Assembly (NCBI GenBank): GCA_963700285.1
Contig: CAVOXA010000010.1
Span: forward strand, 768,001-832,000
Length of the DNA stretch: 64,000 nucleotides
DNA from: an uncultured Chloroflexia bacterium
Lineage (GTDB): Bacteria; Chloroflexota; Anaerolineae; JAAYZQ01
Reading direction: 5' to 3'
The notes under the pieces were generated by a model. The model ran no database searches. It saw only the letters and a list, made by a program, of their open reading frames with translations, and was not told where the DNA came from. Position 1 is the stretch's first letter. Each line of letters opens with the position of its first letter. A program made the position numbers and the translations under genes. Below are positions 20,008 through 30,874 of this stretch, piece by piece.

Positions 20008-22029
20008 TCAACGATTCCTGCTCGTCACTTGAATTGTGCCCAGCAGAGCTGCATCGTTGGGAAGTGGATTCCCAGACATGTCGCTGGCTGGCAAGCGGGC
20101 CATGGTCGCCAGCAGGTAGAAACCGACTTCAAGCTGGTATTCACCCGACGGGCTGTCGAGGGGTACCGCCAGCGAGTGTACATCGAGGATGACTTGCCCC
20201 GGTTGCCAGTAACTGGTGGGATAGTGTCCGCCATCGGGCTGGCCATCGTGCCCGGCCCAGAGAGGACCGGTCGTAGCCGAATTGTGCTCGCTCAATAGAT
20301 GTACAAAGACGGTGTAGTCGTCCTCCAGTGGGGTCAGAGCCTGCCAGTGCAGGGTGAGGTAGAGCGTCTCACCCGCTGCGACCTCCCTGGTGTCCAGCGA
20401 ATAGCCCGTCAGTCGGACGGCGTCACCCCATACAGCGTCGGCAGGATGGTCAGGGGCCGGGGCGGGTGTATCAGTGGCGGGCAGGCGATAGGCTGCCGCG
20501 TAGGGACGCCCGTAGTCATCGGCCAGGTTCCAGATCACCTCTCCGTCGGGCCGAGAGCGCTGCAAAATGGGAAGGGTCGCTGTGTCCTCTTGGAGGAGAA
20601 CGATCACAGTCGCCGTCCGCCCCGGAGGGGGATAGAGTAGCCCCGCACGCCCATCATAAGAGGTGAAAGGACGGTGCACCAGGAATTGGAGCGTGTAATG
20701 GTCGCTGGCTGTGGGTGTGAGGTAGACGTCCTCGTCCCTGGGAAAAGTGTTGACCTGTTCAGCGATTTCTACCAACCCCACATCGTAGGCGTAAAACAGG
20801 TCGGGACTGCGGCCCCAGGTGTAAAAGTAAGCTCGCGCCGTCGAGACGGTGGAGAAGGCCAAGCCAATCATCAACAGTAGGGCAATCCATGACCTTGGGT
20901 GTTGGACTTTGGATTGCAGAAATCTCCAATCTCCGATTCCGTGTATCAAATACTCGATTCCCAGCGCACACAGGAGAGCTACGGCCGGCGTCGCGCCGAT
21001 GGCTCGACCAAAATGGGGTGCGTGCTCGGTGATGATGGTAGGCAGGATCATCACAATGAGCCAGAGCAAGGGCAGCAGTGGCCTGATGTGACCGCGAAAT
21101 GATTCGATCAGCGCCCAACCCAAACCAACCAGGAAAAGGAGTGCCAGGAAAGGATCGAATACTGGACGGCCAATTAGGTTGCTGCGGGGATTGGCATCGC
21201 CCTCGACAAAGAACATGCCTAGCACGCGGAGCAGGTTGTCGGCCACTGCCTGGCGGGAGCTAGCTACGCTCATGGGTCGCTGCAAAAAGTTGGCAAGATG
21301 GGTTACAAAGTAGATGACTATGGGGGCCGCGACCAGTAAAGTGACGAGGGCGGTCAGTGCCAGGCCACGCCAATGACGCCGTAAGAAACCCCGTTCCATG
21401 ACTACGGCGCACCCGATGTACAAAATAGCCAGGATCGGCACAAAGTATCCGGCCTTGTAAGTGTAGAGGCTGCCGCCCAGGGCCAGGCCGGTCAGGACAA
21501 ATGCCAACAGACGATCGGAGTTCAAGCCCCAGGACAGTGCAGCAAAGGCCAGGGTGGCGAAAAAGGGCACCAGAATCGGCTCCATGCCGATGCGGCTAAA
21601 GCTGACATGCCAGTACAGAATCGCAAGCACTAGGGCTGCACCCAGGCCTACTACCCAGCTCCGAAAGAGCTCACGGCCCAGATACCAGACCAGCGGTACT
21701 GTCAGCATTCCGACGATTGCCGACAACAAACGGATGGCCCATGGCTTCTGTCCAAACAAGCCGAGGGTGAAGGCCACCAGGTAGATGGCAATGGGCTCCT
21801 CCCCCATGTCGTCTTCAAAAAACAGTTGGGGTGCCGCACCCCCGAGGAGCGCACGGGCGGTGACACCCTTGAATCCCTCGTCAAAATGGAGACCGGGTGG
21901 CAGGGTTTTGAGAGAGCAAAGCCGGAGAGCCGCAGCGAGCAGAATGATGAGGAGAAGGGCAAGGGCTTCCCAGGTCAACCAAGGTTTTGCGTTCTCTGTA
22001 TCTCTGCGGTTGAATGTTTTGTTCACCAT
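20008..22029 (-). CDS. GT-C membrane glycosyltransferase (GT39/ArnT/PMT-like) with extracellular C-terminal domain
   Basis: PPGLHFDE, HVSFSRIG, many TM helices and a C-terminal L.L.W..YTVFVHL..W.PG...D domain. Confidence 0.85.
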   Translation of the reverse strand: MVNKTFNRRDTENAKPWLTWEALALLLIILLAAALRLCSLKTLPPGLHFDEGFKGVTARALLGGAAPQLFFEDDMGEEPIAIYLVAFTLGLFGQKPWAIRLLSAIVGMLTVPLVWYLGRELFRSWVVGLGAALVLAILYWHVSFSRIGMEPILVPFFATLAFAALSWGLNSDRLLAFVLTGLALGGSLYTYKAGYFVPILAILYIGCAVVMERGFLRRHWRGLALTALVTLLVAAPIVIYFVTHLANFLQRPMSVASSRQAVADNLLRVLGMFFVEGDANPRSNLIGRPVFDPFLALLFLVGLGWALIESFRGHIRPLLPLLWLIVMILPTIITEHAPHFGRAIGATPAVALLCALGIEYLIHGIGDWRFLQSKVQHPRSWIALLLMIGLAFSTVSTARAYFYTWGRSPDLFYAYDVGLVEIAEQVNTFPRDEDVYLTPTASDHYTLQFLVHRPFTSYDGRAGLLYPPPGRTATVIVLLQEDTATLPILQRSRPDGEVIWNLADDYGRPYAAAYRLPATDTPAPAPDHPADAVWGDAVRLTGYSLDTREVAAGETLYLTLHWQALTPLEDDYTVFVHLLSEHNSATTGPLWAGHDGQPDGGHYPTSYWQPGQVILDVHSLAVPLDSPSGEYQLEVGFYLLATMARLPASDMSGNPLPNDAALLGTIQVTSRNR

Positions 22030-22313
22030 TCACACTATTGCCCGCTACGCGTCGGGGCCGTGCTCGGGCTCTCGATGAGCCTTGAGATTCTACTATCTAT
22101 TCTTCCAGTATACCACCTTCGGCAGAGATGATCAAAGACGCAGGCTGACCCATGGCCTTTGCGCGAGCCGAGCACTAGAAGGAACCGGCTCACAGGAGAA
22201 GGCCAGAGTCCTTTGCTTGGAAGAACACCGCCGCTTGCGGCCGAGTTTTCACCACGCAGACTCTACTTCTGGAGGGGATATAGAAGGTGCGCCCAAGGGA
22301 CCTCAGATCCGCG

Positions 22314-23411
22314 TCAGGGCAGTACCCCCCGCAGTTCCTCCAGGTAGGGCTCCACCTCGCTCGCCGCTTCGGGATTAAGCTCCAGATAGATCTCGAAATG
22401 ATCCCTGGCCTCGGCAAAGCGCTCCAGTTCCAGATAGGTCAGCGCCAGGTTCCAGTGGGCCGAGGCGAACCCGGGCTCCAGCGCCAGGGCCGACTCGTAG
22501 GCATCGGCAGCCAGTTGGGGCTCGTCCAGGTGATTGCGGGCCAGGCCCAGGAAGAACTGTGCCTCGCTCAAGGCAGGATCCTCCTCCAGGGCCAGTTCTA
22601 GCTGGACAGCGGCCTCGTCCCAGGCTTCCCGCTCGACGGCATCCTCGGCGCGCAGTAAGTAGCTGGCCGGGCTGTCGCGCTGGACGCTGGTCGCCAGGGC
22701 TACGCCGCCTGCCAGCAGCAGCACGGCCACGGCCAGGGCCAGCCAGTACCGCCCCAGCCGGTTCTCGTCCACCAGTTGCATGGCGACGGGATCTAGTTTG
22801 TAGCTGGGCATCAGAAACCAGCCCAGGCAAAAGCCGCTCACCAATCCCCCAAGGTGGGCCATGTTGTCGATGGCCGGCTGGGTAAAGCCCAAGACCAGGT
22901 TGATGACGATCAAGAAGGCGATATTGGCCAGGCGCCGTTGTCCCCAGGCACCCAATTGCTGGCGGTGGCGCAGGAAAAAGGCAGCGAGGGCGCCAATGAT
23001 GCCAAAGATGGCGCCCGAGGCGCCGGCCGACAGGCTGTCGCTGAAAGCGTAGCTGGCCAAACCGCCAAACAGTCCGGACAGGATGTAAATAGCCAGGAAG
23101 CGCCGCCAGCCCAGCAGCCGTTCCAGCTCCGTGCCAATGACGACCAGGGCATAGCCATTGAAGGCCAGGTGCATGATACCAATGTGCAGGAACATGGCGC
23201 TAAAGAGCCGCCAGTACTCGCCCTGAGCAATCAGGGGGTTGACCTTGGCGCCCAGGCGGACCAGGACCTCACTGTTGGTGGAGCCGCCGACCAGAGTCTC
23301 CAGGGCGAACACGACGAGGATGATGCCCAGCAGGACCCAGGTAACGACCGGTCTGTTGAGCGGCAAAGCCAAAGAAACGCGACGCGGTTGGGAGTCGAAG
23401 GGCTCCGTCAC
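22314..23411 (-). CDS. Rhomboid intramembrane serine protease with C-terminal TPRs
   Basis: WRLFSAMFLH, HLAFN, GASG and AHLGG, followed by TPR helices. Confidence 0.93.
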   Translation of the reverse strand: MTEPFDSQPRRVSLALPLNRPVVTWVLLGIILVVFALETLVGGSTNSEVLVRLGAKVNPLIAQGEYWRLFSAMFLHIGIMHLAFNGYALVVIGTELERLLGWRRFLAIYILSGLFGGLASYAFSDSLSAGASGAIFGIIGALAAFFLRHRQQLGAWGQRRLANIAFLIVINLVLGFTQPAIDNMAHLGGLVSGFCLGWFLMPSYKLDPVAMQLVDENRLGRYWLALAVAVLLLAGGVALATSVQRDSPASYLLRAEDAVEREAWDEAAVQLELALEEDPALSEAQFFLGLARNHLDEPQLAADAYESALALEPGFASAHWNLALTYLELERFAEARDHFEIYLELNPEAASEVEPYLEELRGVLP

Positions 23412-24040
23412 AAGCTGACCCTTCGGGGCACAGTGCGGCAGTGCTCGGCGCGCATGATGGCCACGACGTCGTCCACCGCGATGTCCAGGGCATCGCGCGC
23501 ATTGACGACGACGTAGTCAAAGTCGGGAATGAGGGCCATCTCCTCCTGGGCCGTCTCCAGCCGCTGCGCCAGCGCCTCTTCCGACTCGGTCCGGCGCTCG
23601 CGCAGGCGGGCCACCAATTCCTCCCTCGACTCGCAGTTGAGAAAGATGGTGATGGCCTCCGGGAGCATGGCTTTCACCTTCCTGGCTCCCTGCACATCCA
23701 CGCGCATCACGACATCCTGTCCCGATGCCAGCGCCTGGCGGATGTGGGCCTTGGGCACGCCCTTGTGCTGACCATAGACGAGCGCGTGCTCCACCAGCTT
23801 GCCCTCGGCGATCATCCGCTCAAACTCGGCGGTCGTATAAAAGTAATAGTCCACCCCATGGATCTCGTCGGCTCGGGGAGAGCGATCGGTGGCCGTGACC
23901 ACAAAGTCAAAGGGGTAACCCCGCTCCTTCATGCGCTGGACGACCGAGTCCTTGCCTGCGCCCGATGGGCCCGAGATGACGACCAGCAGCGGAGACTGCT
24001 CCTGGTAGAATGGATCTGCCGAGTGTGCAATGTCTGTCAT
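23408..24040 (-). CDS. gmk: Guanylate kinase
   Basis: ISGPSGAGKDS, PRADEIHGVDY, VDVQGA and FDYVVVN. Confidence 0.95.
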   Translation of the reverse strand: MTDIAHSADPFYQEQSPLLVVISGPSGAGKDSVVQRMKERGYPFDFVVTATDRSPRADEIHGVDYYFYTTAEFERMIAEGKLVEHALVYGQHKGVPKAHIRQALASGQDVVMRVDVQGARKVKAMLPEAITIFLNCESREELVARLRERRTESEEALAQRLETAQEEMALIPDFDYVVVNARDALDIAVDDVVAIMRAEHCRTVPRRVSL

Positions 24041-24133
24041 GCCTGTCCGTCCTGTGAAAACGAAAACTTGGCGGCGAGGCCAGTTTTCAGTATAATTCAC
24101 GGTAAGAAGCTGACAAGATCGAGGTGAGGAATC

Positions 24134-24523
24134 ATGCCCATTTACGAATACCGCTGCCAGGACTGCCGTCGCCGGGTCAGTCTCTTTTTCCGGTCCTTTT
24201 CAAAAATTGAGGATGAGCCCACCTGTCCGCGCTGTGGCGGCACCCACCTGGTTCGCATGATCTCACGGGTAGCGGTCATCCGCTCTGAGGGCAGCCGTCT
24301 GGACGACCTGGGCGATCCCTCGATGATGGGCGACCTGGACGAGGACGATCCCAAGAGCATCGCTCGCTGGATGCGCAAAATGAGCGCCGAGACAGGCGAG
24401 GAGATGCCCGGGGAGTTCGACGAGGTCATAGACCGGCTGGAGAGCGGCCAGAGCCCCGAAGAGATCGAAGGAGCCATGCCCGACCTTGCCGGCGACTTGG
24501 GTGGCGGCATGGAGGACTTGTGA
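24134..24523 (+). CDS. FmdB-family zinc ribbon protein
   Basis: MPIYEYRCQDC...CPRCG. A TTGGCG-17-TATAAT promoter candidate lies at 24068-24096. Confidence 0.88.
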   Translation: MPIYEYRCQDCRRRVSLFFRSFSKIEDEPTCPRCGGTHLVRMISRVAVIRSEGSRLDDLGDPSMMGDLDEDDPKSIARWMRKMSAETGEEMPGEFDEVIDRLESGQSPEEIEGAMPDLAGDLGGGMEDL

Positions 24524-24581
24524 TGCGTTCGAGGCGCAGGGCACCCTCCTCGGCCCGCAGCAAGCCAGAGTCCCGGGCCCG

Positions 24582-24920
24582 CTAGAACCGCTCAAACCGC
24601 TCGATGTCCAGGACAAAGATCGTAGCGCCCCCCACCTGGATCTCCACCGGAGAGGGCACGTACATCTCCCCTGGCTCCATCACGGGGGGCAGCGGGTTTA
24701 CCAACTGTCGCCGGGTGTGACAGTTCTCCCGGATTAGCTGCATCACTGCAGGAACATTTTCCTCCATGGTGCCAATGAAAACCGTGGCGTTCCCCTGGCG
24801 CAGGAACCCGCCTGTCGTACTGATGGTCGTCGCCCGGTAGCCGGCCGCGGTCAGAACATCCACCAACCGACTAGCATCGTCGTGGTTGACGATCGCCATG
24901 ATCAACTTTCTCTCGCTCAC
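24582..24920 (-). CDS. darA: Cyclic-di-AMP receptor (PstA/DarA, PII-like)
   Basis: KLIMAIV..DD, TGGFLRQGNAT and VGGATIFVL. Adjacent to tmk. Confidence 0.9.
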   Translation of the reverse strand: MSERKLIMAIVNHDDASRLVDVLTAAGYRATTISTTGGFLRQGNATVFIGTMEENVPAVMQLIRENCHTRRQLVNPLPPVMEPGEMYVPSPVEIQVGGATIFVLDIERFERF

Positions 24921-25564
24921 GTTCCCTCCCCACTCGTCGCTGAATCTCGCCGGGCCATGACCAGATCTTGGATGGTGACTTGTACCTCATCGATCTCCCG
25001 ACTGGCATCCACTACAACCCAACGTTCCGGCTCCTGAGCGGCCATGGCCAGGTATCCAGCACGTACCCGTTCGTGATACGCAAGCTCCTTCTGCTCCATC
25101 CGGTTCCAGGCGTCGCCGCTGCCCCCCATTTTTCGCCGCAGGCCGAGTTCAACCGGCACGTCGAAATATAAGGTCAGATCTGGTACAAGCCCGCCGGTGG
25201 CAAAGCGGCTGACAGCCAGAAGAACGTCCAGATCGAGTTGATACCCATAGCCCTGGTAGGCCATGCTCGAATCAGCATAGCGGTCGCTAAACACGATGCC
25301 GCCCCTTGCCAGATGGGGGCAGATCACCTGGCCCACGTGCTGCGCCCGCGCCGCCGAAAAGAGCAGGAATTCGGTCGGCGGCAACATCTCGGTGTGCCCC
25401 GGGTCGAGCAGGATATTGCGCACCCGCTCACCAATCGGCGTACTGCCTGGCTCCCGCGTGGTCAGCACATCGTGGCCCTGTTCCCGAAGATAGTCAGCCA
25501 GGGCTCGCATCTGGGTGGTCTTGCCGGAGCCTTCCGGCCCTTCAAAAGTGACGAAAAGACTCAA
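24917..25564 (-). CDS. tmk: Thymidylate kinase
   Basis: FVTFEGPEGSGKTTQ, TREPG and DRYADSSMAYQGYG. TTG start after an RBS. Confidence 0.95.
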   Translation of the reverse strand: MSLFVTFEGPEGSGKTTQMRALADYLREQGHDVLTTREPGSTPIGERVRNILLDPGHTEMLPPTEFLLFSAARAQHVGQVICPHLARGGIVFSDRYADSSMAYQGYGYQLDLDVLLAVSRFATGGLVPDLTLYFDVPVELGLRRKMGGSGDAWNRMEQKELAYHERVRAGYLAMAAQEPERWVVVDASREIDEVQVTIQDLVMARRDSATSGEGT

Positions 25565-25799
25565 GGTGTCTTTCCCCTCGTTCGTGCTGGAGCGACATCC
25601 AGCAGATAGCCATGGGCCATCTCGCACTCAAGCCAAATGCGCGGTTCGGCGGTTTTCACCCGGGAATCGCCGGCCAGGGATCACGTTAGATCAAAGGACA
25701 GAGATCTACTGGTTAAGAAACGGTGGTTGGTACATGGTACACAGCAAGTGACCGCCCATATTATACCCGAAAAACCTGCGTCACGCAACATAGAAATAC

Positions 25800-25836
25800 A
25801 AACTGGGCCAGTCTCCAGAAAGACCGACCCAGTTTT
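25800..25836. terminator. Possible intrinsic terminator after the ABC genes
   Basis: Imperfect stem aaactggg...cccagttt just downstream of the minus-strand stop at 25857. Confidence 0.4.
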
Positions 25837-25856
25837 CCCTGATAAGGATAAGTGGC

Positions 25857-27747
25857 CTATGTCGTCGCCGCTGCCAGGTGGCGCCCATCCCCACCAGGTT
25901 TCGCAGGAACTACTATTTCTAGCTCCTGCCGCTGGCGGAACTGGCGGGTATAGAGGTCATAGTACGCCCCACCCACGTCCAAGAGCTGCTCGTGGGCCGA
26001 TCTTTCCGGGGTACTGGCGGCCCGCTCCACGATCTCGCCATCCTGCAGAACCAGCAGTTGATCGGCATTGCGGATGGTGCTCAGGCGGTGGGCGATGACA
26101 AAGCTGGTCCGGCCCTGCAGCAACCGGGCCAGCGCCCGCTGGATCAACAGCTCGGTACGGGTATCCACACTGCTCGTCGCCTCGTCCAGGATCAGCAGGC
26201 GGGGGTCAGCCAGGATGGCCCGGGCGATAGAGATGAGCTGCCGCTGGCCCTGGCTCAGGTTGCGCCCCTGCTCCGAAAGCTCGGTTGTCGTAGCCCTCCG
26301 GCAGCTTGGTCGATGAACTCATCGGCGTTGGCCAGCTTGGCCGCCTCGATCACCTCTTCGTCGCTGGCCTCCAGCCGCCCGTAGCGGATGTTCTCCATGA
26401 TGGTGCCGCTGAACAGGAATGTATCCTGCAAGACGATGCCCATCTGGGAACGCAGGCTGGCCCGGGTGACCTCGCGCACGTCCCGGCCGTCGATCCGGAC
26501 CGAGCCCTCCACCGCCTCGTAAAAGCGGCCCATGAGGTTGACCAGCGTCGTCTTGCCCGGCACCTGTCGGCCCCACCAGGGCCACGGTCTGGCCTGGCTC
26601 GGCCACCAGGCTCACGTCGCGCAGCACCGGCTCCTCCGGCTTGTAATGGAACGACACACCGTCAAAGGCTACACGACCGGCTATGGGCGGCATCTCCACC
26701 GCATCGGCAGCGTCCGCCAGGTCGGGCTCGGTGTCCAGCAGTTCAAAGATGCGCTCCGAACCAGCCAGCGCCGACTGCAATTGGGCATAGAGCTGGGCCA
26801 ACTGCTGGACCGGCTGGAAAAAGCGCCGCACGTAGACCAGGAAGGAGACGATGACGCCCACTGTGATGAGCGGCGGTGTTTGCAGGGCCAGGTAGCCGCC
26901 AAAGCCGAGCACGATGGCCAGGCCGATGGTGCTCAACACGTCCAGTGCCGGCGATAAAAGCGGCGACGACTCCCTGGGCGCTGACGTTGGCATCGCGGTT
27001 GGCCCGGTTTAGCTCGTCAAAACGCTCGATATTCTCGTCCTCCCGGGCAAAGGCCTGGGCCACCCGCACGCCCGAGATGTTCTCCTCCAGATCGGCGCTC
27101 ACACTGCCGATGGTCTTTCGCGTCTTGCGGAAGGCGTGGCGGGCGCGGCGCGAGAGCAGGATCGATACGGCGAACATGAAGGGCAGGATGACAAAGGTCG
27201 CCAGGGCAAGCTGCCAGTTCAGGCGGAACATGGCGATCACAATGCCCACGATCAGCAGCACGCTGCCGAGTGTCTGCACCAATCCGGCATTGATCACCTG
27301 GCCGATGGTGTCCACGTCATTGGTCAGGCGGCTCATCAGGTCTCCGGCCTCGTGTTCGTCAAAGTAGGTCAGCGACAGGCTCTGGATCCGGTCAAAGATC
27401 TGCGAGCGCAGCCGGTAGAGCACCTTGTTGCCGACGATGATCATGCCATAGAACTGGCCATAGTTGGTCGCCCACGAGCCCAGGTAGGCGGCCAGTAGCA
27501 GCAGCATGGTCCTCGTCAGCCCCTGCCGGTCGCCCTCGACGATGAACTGGTCGATGGCCAAGCCGATCAGGTAGGGAGCCAGCCAGTTGCAGCAGCGTAC
27601 CCACGACCAGCAGGACCGCTACGCCCAGCAGCGCCAGCCGGTAGGGCTTGAAAGTAGAGCGCCAGGCGCCGCAGCACCTGCCCGCTATCGTGGGCCTTTT
27701 CTTCCTCGCGTGCTCGCCATGCGGTGCATCGGTCCGCCACCAATCAT
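25857..27747 (-). pseudogene. ABC exporter permease/ATPase subunit 2 (heterodimeric multidrug type), several frameshifts
   Basis: GDLMSRLTND, GPTGAG/KTT, LQD.FLFSGTI and [16 protein letters not shown] distributed across frames. ATGA overlap with the upstream gene. Confidence 0.85.
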
Positions 27748-29795
27748 CGGACCACCTCCTCTCCAACCAACGTGGGGGGTACCGATGCCTTTGCAGTACC
27801 CGGGACTTGGGCGGCGGCATCCTCACACAGCTCCGGCATCAGGTCGCACTCGCTCTGGAGCTGCGAGCTATAGATCTCGGCATAGATGGCGCTGTCGCGC
27901 ATCAGATCCTCGTGGGTGCCCGTGGCCGCAATCCGGCCGCCCTCTAGCACCAGGATTGCATCGGCGTCGCGCACGGTGCTGATGCGCTGGGCGATGACAA
28001 AACTGGTGCGGCCCACCATCAGCTTGTCCAGCGCCTGCTGGATGTGGTACTCGGTCTCGACATCCACGCTGCTGGTACTGTCGTCCATGATCAGGATGCG
28101 CGGGTCCAAGGAGCAGCGCCCGGGCGATGGCAATGCGCTGCTTCTGCCCCCCAGACAGGGTCACGCCCCGCTCGCCCACTTCCGTTTCGTAGCCGTCGGC
28201 GAACTCGATGATAAAGTCGTGGGCCTCGGCCGCCTTGCGCGGCAGCCATGACCTCCTCCATTGTCGCCTCGGGACGGCCGTAGGCGATGTTCTCGCGGAT
28301 GGTGCCCGAAAACAGTGTCGTCTCCTGCATCACCATGCCGATCTGCGAGCGCAGCGAATCCAGCGTCACGTCGCGCACATCCACGCCGTCGATCTTGACC
28401 GCGCCGCGGGTCACGTCGTAAAAGCGGGGCATCAGGTTGATGATCGTACTCTTGCCCGATCCGGTCGCGCCCAAGCAGTGCAATCACCTGACCCGGCTCT
28501 GCACTAAATGACACATCCTTCAGCACCCAATCATCGGTGGCCGCCGTGGGCGAGCCTCAGGTCCGCCCATGCCCATCCCCATGCCCATACCGCCCCCACC
28601 CATCATCCCTCCAGCCCCTGTCCTGGGCGGAGACGAAGGATCAGGCGAGGTACCACCCGGCCGGGGTCGCCGGCGGCGACCGCGTTTCCCGGCCGCTTTC
28701 GATTCCGCGTCCTCCCCATCCCCTGGCGCAGGGTCCTCATCCTTCGGACCAAAGTAGCGGAACCAGACCTCCTCAAAGACCACACTGCCCCTCGACCGGC
28801 GGCAGGTCGCCGGCGTCCGGCTTTTCCACCACCTCCGACTGGGCGTCCAGGATCTCGAACACCCGGTCGGCGCTGGCCGCGGCCTGGGAGACCATGGCGA
28901 TGATCATGCCCAGCATGAACAGCGGGAACATGGCCATCATCAGGTAGCTCTGAAAGGCCACCAGCTCGCCGATGGTCAGCCGCGCGCCGATGACCTGCAA
29001 GCCGCCGATCCAGATCACGGCCAGGGTACCCAGGTTGGCCATCAGAAAAATCAGGGGAAAAGCCAGGGCGATCTGTTTGCCCACATCGATGCTCTCGTCC
29101 ATCAGGTCCTGGTTGGCCGTCTCGAACGTGTCCCCGCTCGTAGGGCTCGCGGGCAAAGGCCTTGACCACGCGCACCCCGGCCAGGTTCTCCTGCAGCACC
29201 GTATTGAGATGCGACAGGTACTGCTGCACCTTGGTGAACAGCGGGCGCAGCGCGGGTGGCAAAGTAGATAAAGATGGCCATCGTCAGCGGCATGAGGACG
29301 ACCATGATCAGAGCCAACTGCCAGTCGAGGGAAAAGAGCAGGATCAGGCTGCCGACGATCATGATCAGGGCGGTGAGGAACATGATGAACCCCCGCCCCA
29401 CGAACATCTGTACCCGGTCCACGTCGCTGGTAGCTCGGGTCAGCAACTGGCCGGTCTGGGCCCGGTCGTGGTAACCAAAAGATAGCTTGTGAATCTGCTC
29501 ATACAGGATATTGCGCATGTCGTAGGCAACGCTCTGCTGACGCTTTGGCCGCCCAAAAACCCTGCAGGAAGGAAAACAGCGCTCGCGTCAGCGCCACGCC
29601 GACGATGACCAGCGCACCCACCACGATCACGCCCGCCACCTTGGCCGTGATGCCCTCGTCGATGATCCGTCCCGTGATGGCCGGGATCACCAGGTTCAGC
29701 AAGGTCGACAGCAGCAGGGTGACAAAGGTACCCGTTGCCAGCAGCCAGTACGGTTTCAGATAACCAAGTGCTCTTCCCAATGATTTCATACTCAT
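27744..29795 (-). pseudogene. ABC exporter permease/ATPase subunit 1, about 8 frameshifts
   Basis: [45 protein letters not shown] and DDSTSSVD distributed across frames. Confidence 0.85.
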
Positions 29796-29923
29796 CTCCT
29801 ACCTGGCCGCGCCAAGCCCGATCCTCCCGCAGGCTCCATATGGGACTTGGCACTCACCCGGCGCGTTTTTTTCTCGTCACTCATCTGAGTCGCAGGGCAA
29901 AGCCTGCGGGAGGATTGTTTCTC

Positions 29924-30541
29924 TCAGGAAGCTGTCCACAAGGGACCCGCCAACCCTTCCATCAGCAAATCCACGATCCGTTCAAACTGCTCCACCGGCG
30001 ACGGCTCGTCGCCATCGTCGCCACAAGCCACGATCCGCCGGAAATAGGCCATCCGCAACAGGTCCGCCATCAGCTCCGCGTCCACGTCGGCCCGGACCTC
30101 GCCACAATCCTGCGCCTCCCGCACCAACTCGCTGAAAAAACCAAACAGCGCCCGCTTGCCCCGCTGGGGCGGCGGAACGGGATGGTGCAAGTGATGGGCA
30201 AAGGCCCGCCGGAAGAGGCGCATGTCCTGGGCCACCTGCTCGTGCGTCAGCCGCATCAGCAACTTGATGCGGGCCACCGGACTGGCCGGCGCCCCCTGGC
30301 TGACTTCCAGCGCCTCGCGAAGGCGCCCCACGTGCCACACAGACAGGTCATCCAGCAGCGCCTCTTTCGAGGTAAAATAGTTGAAAAAGGTACCCTTGGC
30401 CACGTCCGCCCGGCCGGTGATCTCTTCCACCGTCGTGGCACTGTAGCCCTTCTCCCGAAAGAGACCCAACGACGCCTCTAGCAGCGCCTGGCGCGTCTCC
30501 AGTTTTTTCCGTTCGCGGCGGGATAGTGTTTGCTCCATCAT
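29924..30541 (-). CDS. TetR/AcrR-family regulator
   Basis: HTH GYSATTVEEI..ADVAKGTFFNYF.SKE. Confidence 0.94.
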   Translation of the reverse strand: MMEQTLSRRERKKLETRQALLEASLGLFREKGYSATTVEEITGRADVAKGTFFNYFTSKEALLDDLSVWHVGRLREALEVSQGAPASPVARIKLLMRLTHEQVAQDMRLFRRAFAHHLHHPVPPPQRGKRALFGFFSELVREAQDCGEVRADVDAELMADLLRMAYFRRIVACGDDGDEPSPVEQFERIVDLLMEGLAGPLWTAS

Positions 30542-30572
30542 CCACCCTCAATTTGTGACCAAACTACAAATT

Positions 30573-30614
30573 TGACCAAGGTCATATTTTACCCGGGCGG
30601 CGTTAGTTTGTCAA
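30573..30614 (-). promoter_or_regulatory. Sigma70 promoter and likely TetR operator
   Basis: Minus-strand TTGACA(30614-30609)-17 bp-TAAAAT(30591-30586). Palindrome TGACC-N2-GGTCA at 30573-30584. Confidence 0.75.
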
Positions 30615-30709
30615 ATCAACAAGCTATCCTGGTCATGGGCACGTCCCCCCGGTATCCATAGGCCAATCAATCGATTACGTCAACTTGTCCGGTGAGTTGG
30701 ACCGAGGGG

Positions 30710-30738
30710 TTGCGCAGATACCCGGATGATGGTATACT
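30710..30738 (+). promoter_or_regulatory. Candidate sigma70 promoter for the cohesin-dockerin operon
   Basis: TTGCGC-17 bp-TATACT with a TG extension. Confidence 0.5.
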
Positions 30739-30874
30739 CTATGCGATCCTCGAATACTATGGTGGCAGAGTGTTGCCCAGGGAGATTCCAGACGAAAGAT
30801 CCTGTTGATAGCGGTAGGTAGAGAACCGGACAGATGCGGCCGCAGCCCAACAATCTGCTGAGGGGGGAAGCACG

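Noticed and set aside
30740-30874. Riboswitch in the roughly 130-nt leader of the cohesin operon
   Set aside because: No known aptamer consensus or terminator is recognisable by eye. An Rfam/Infernal scan would be needed.
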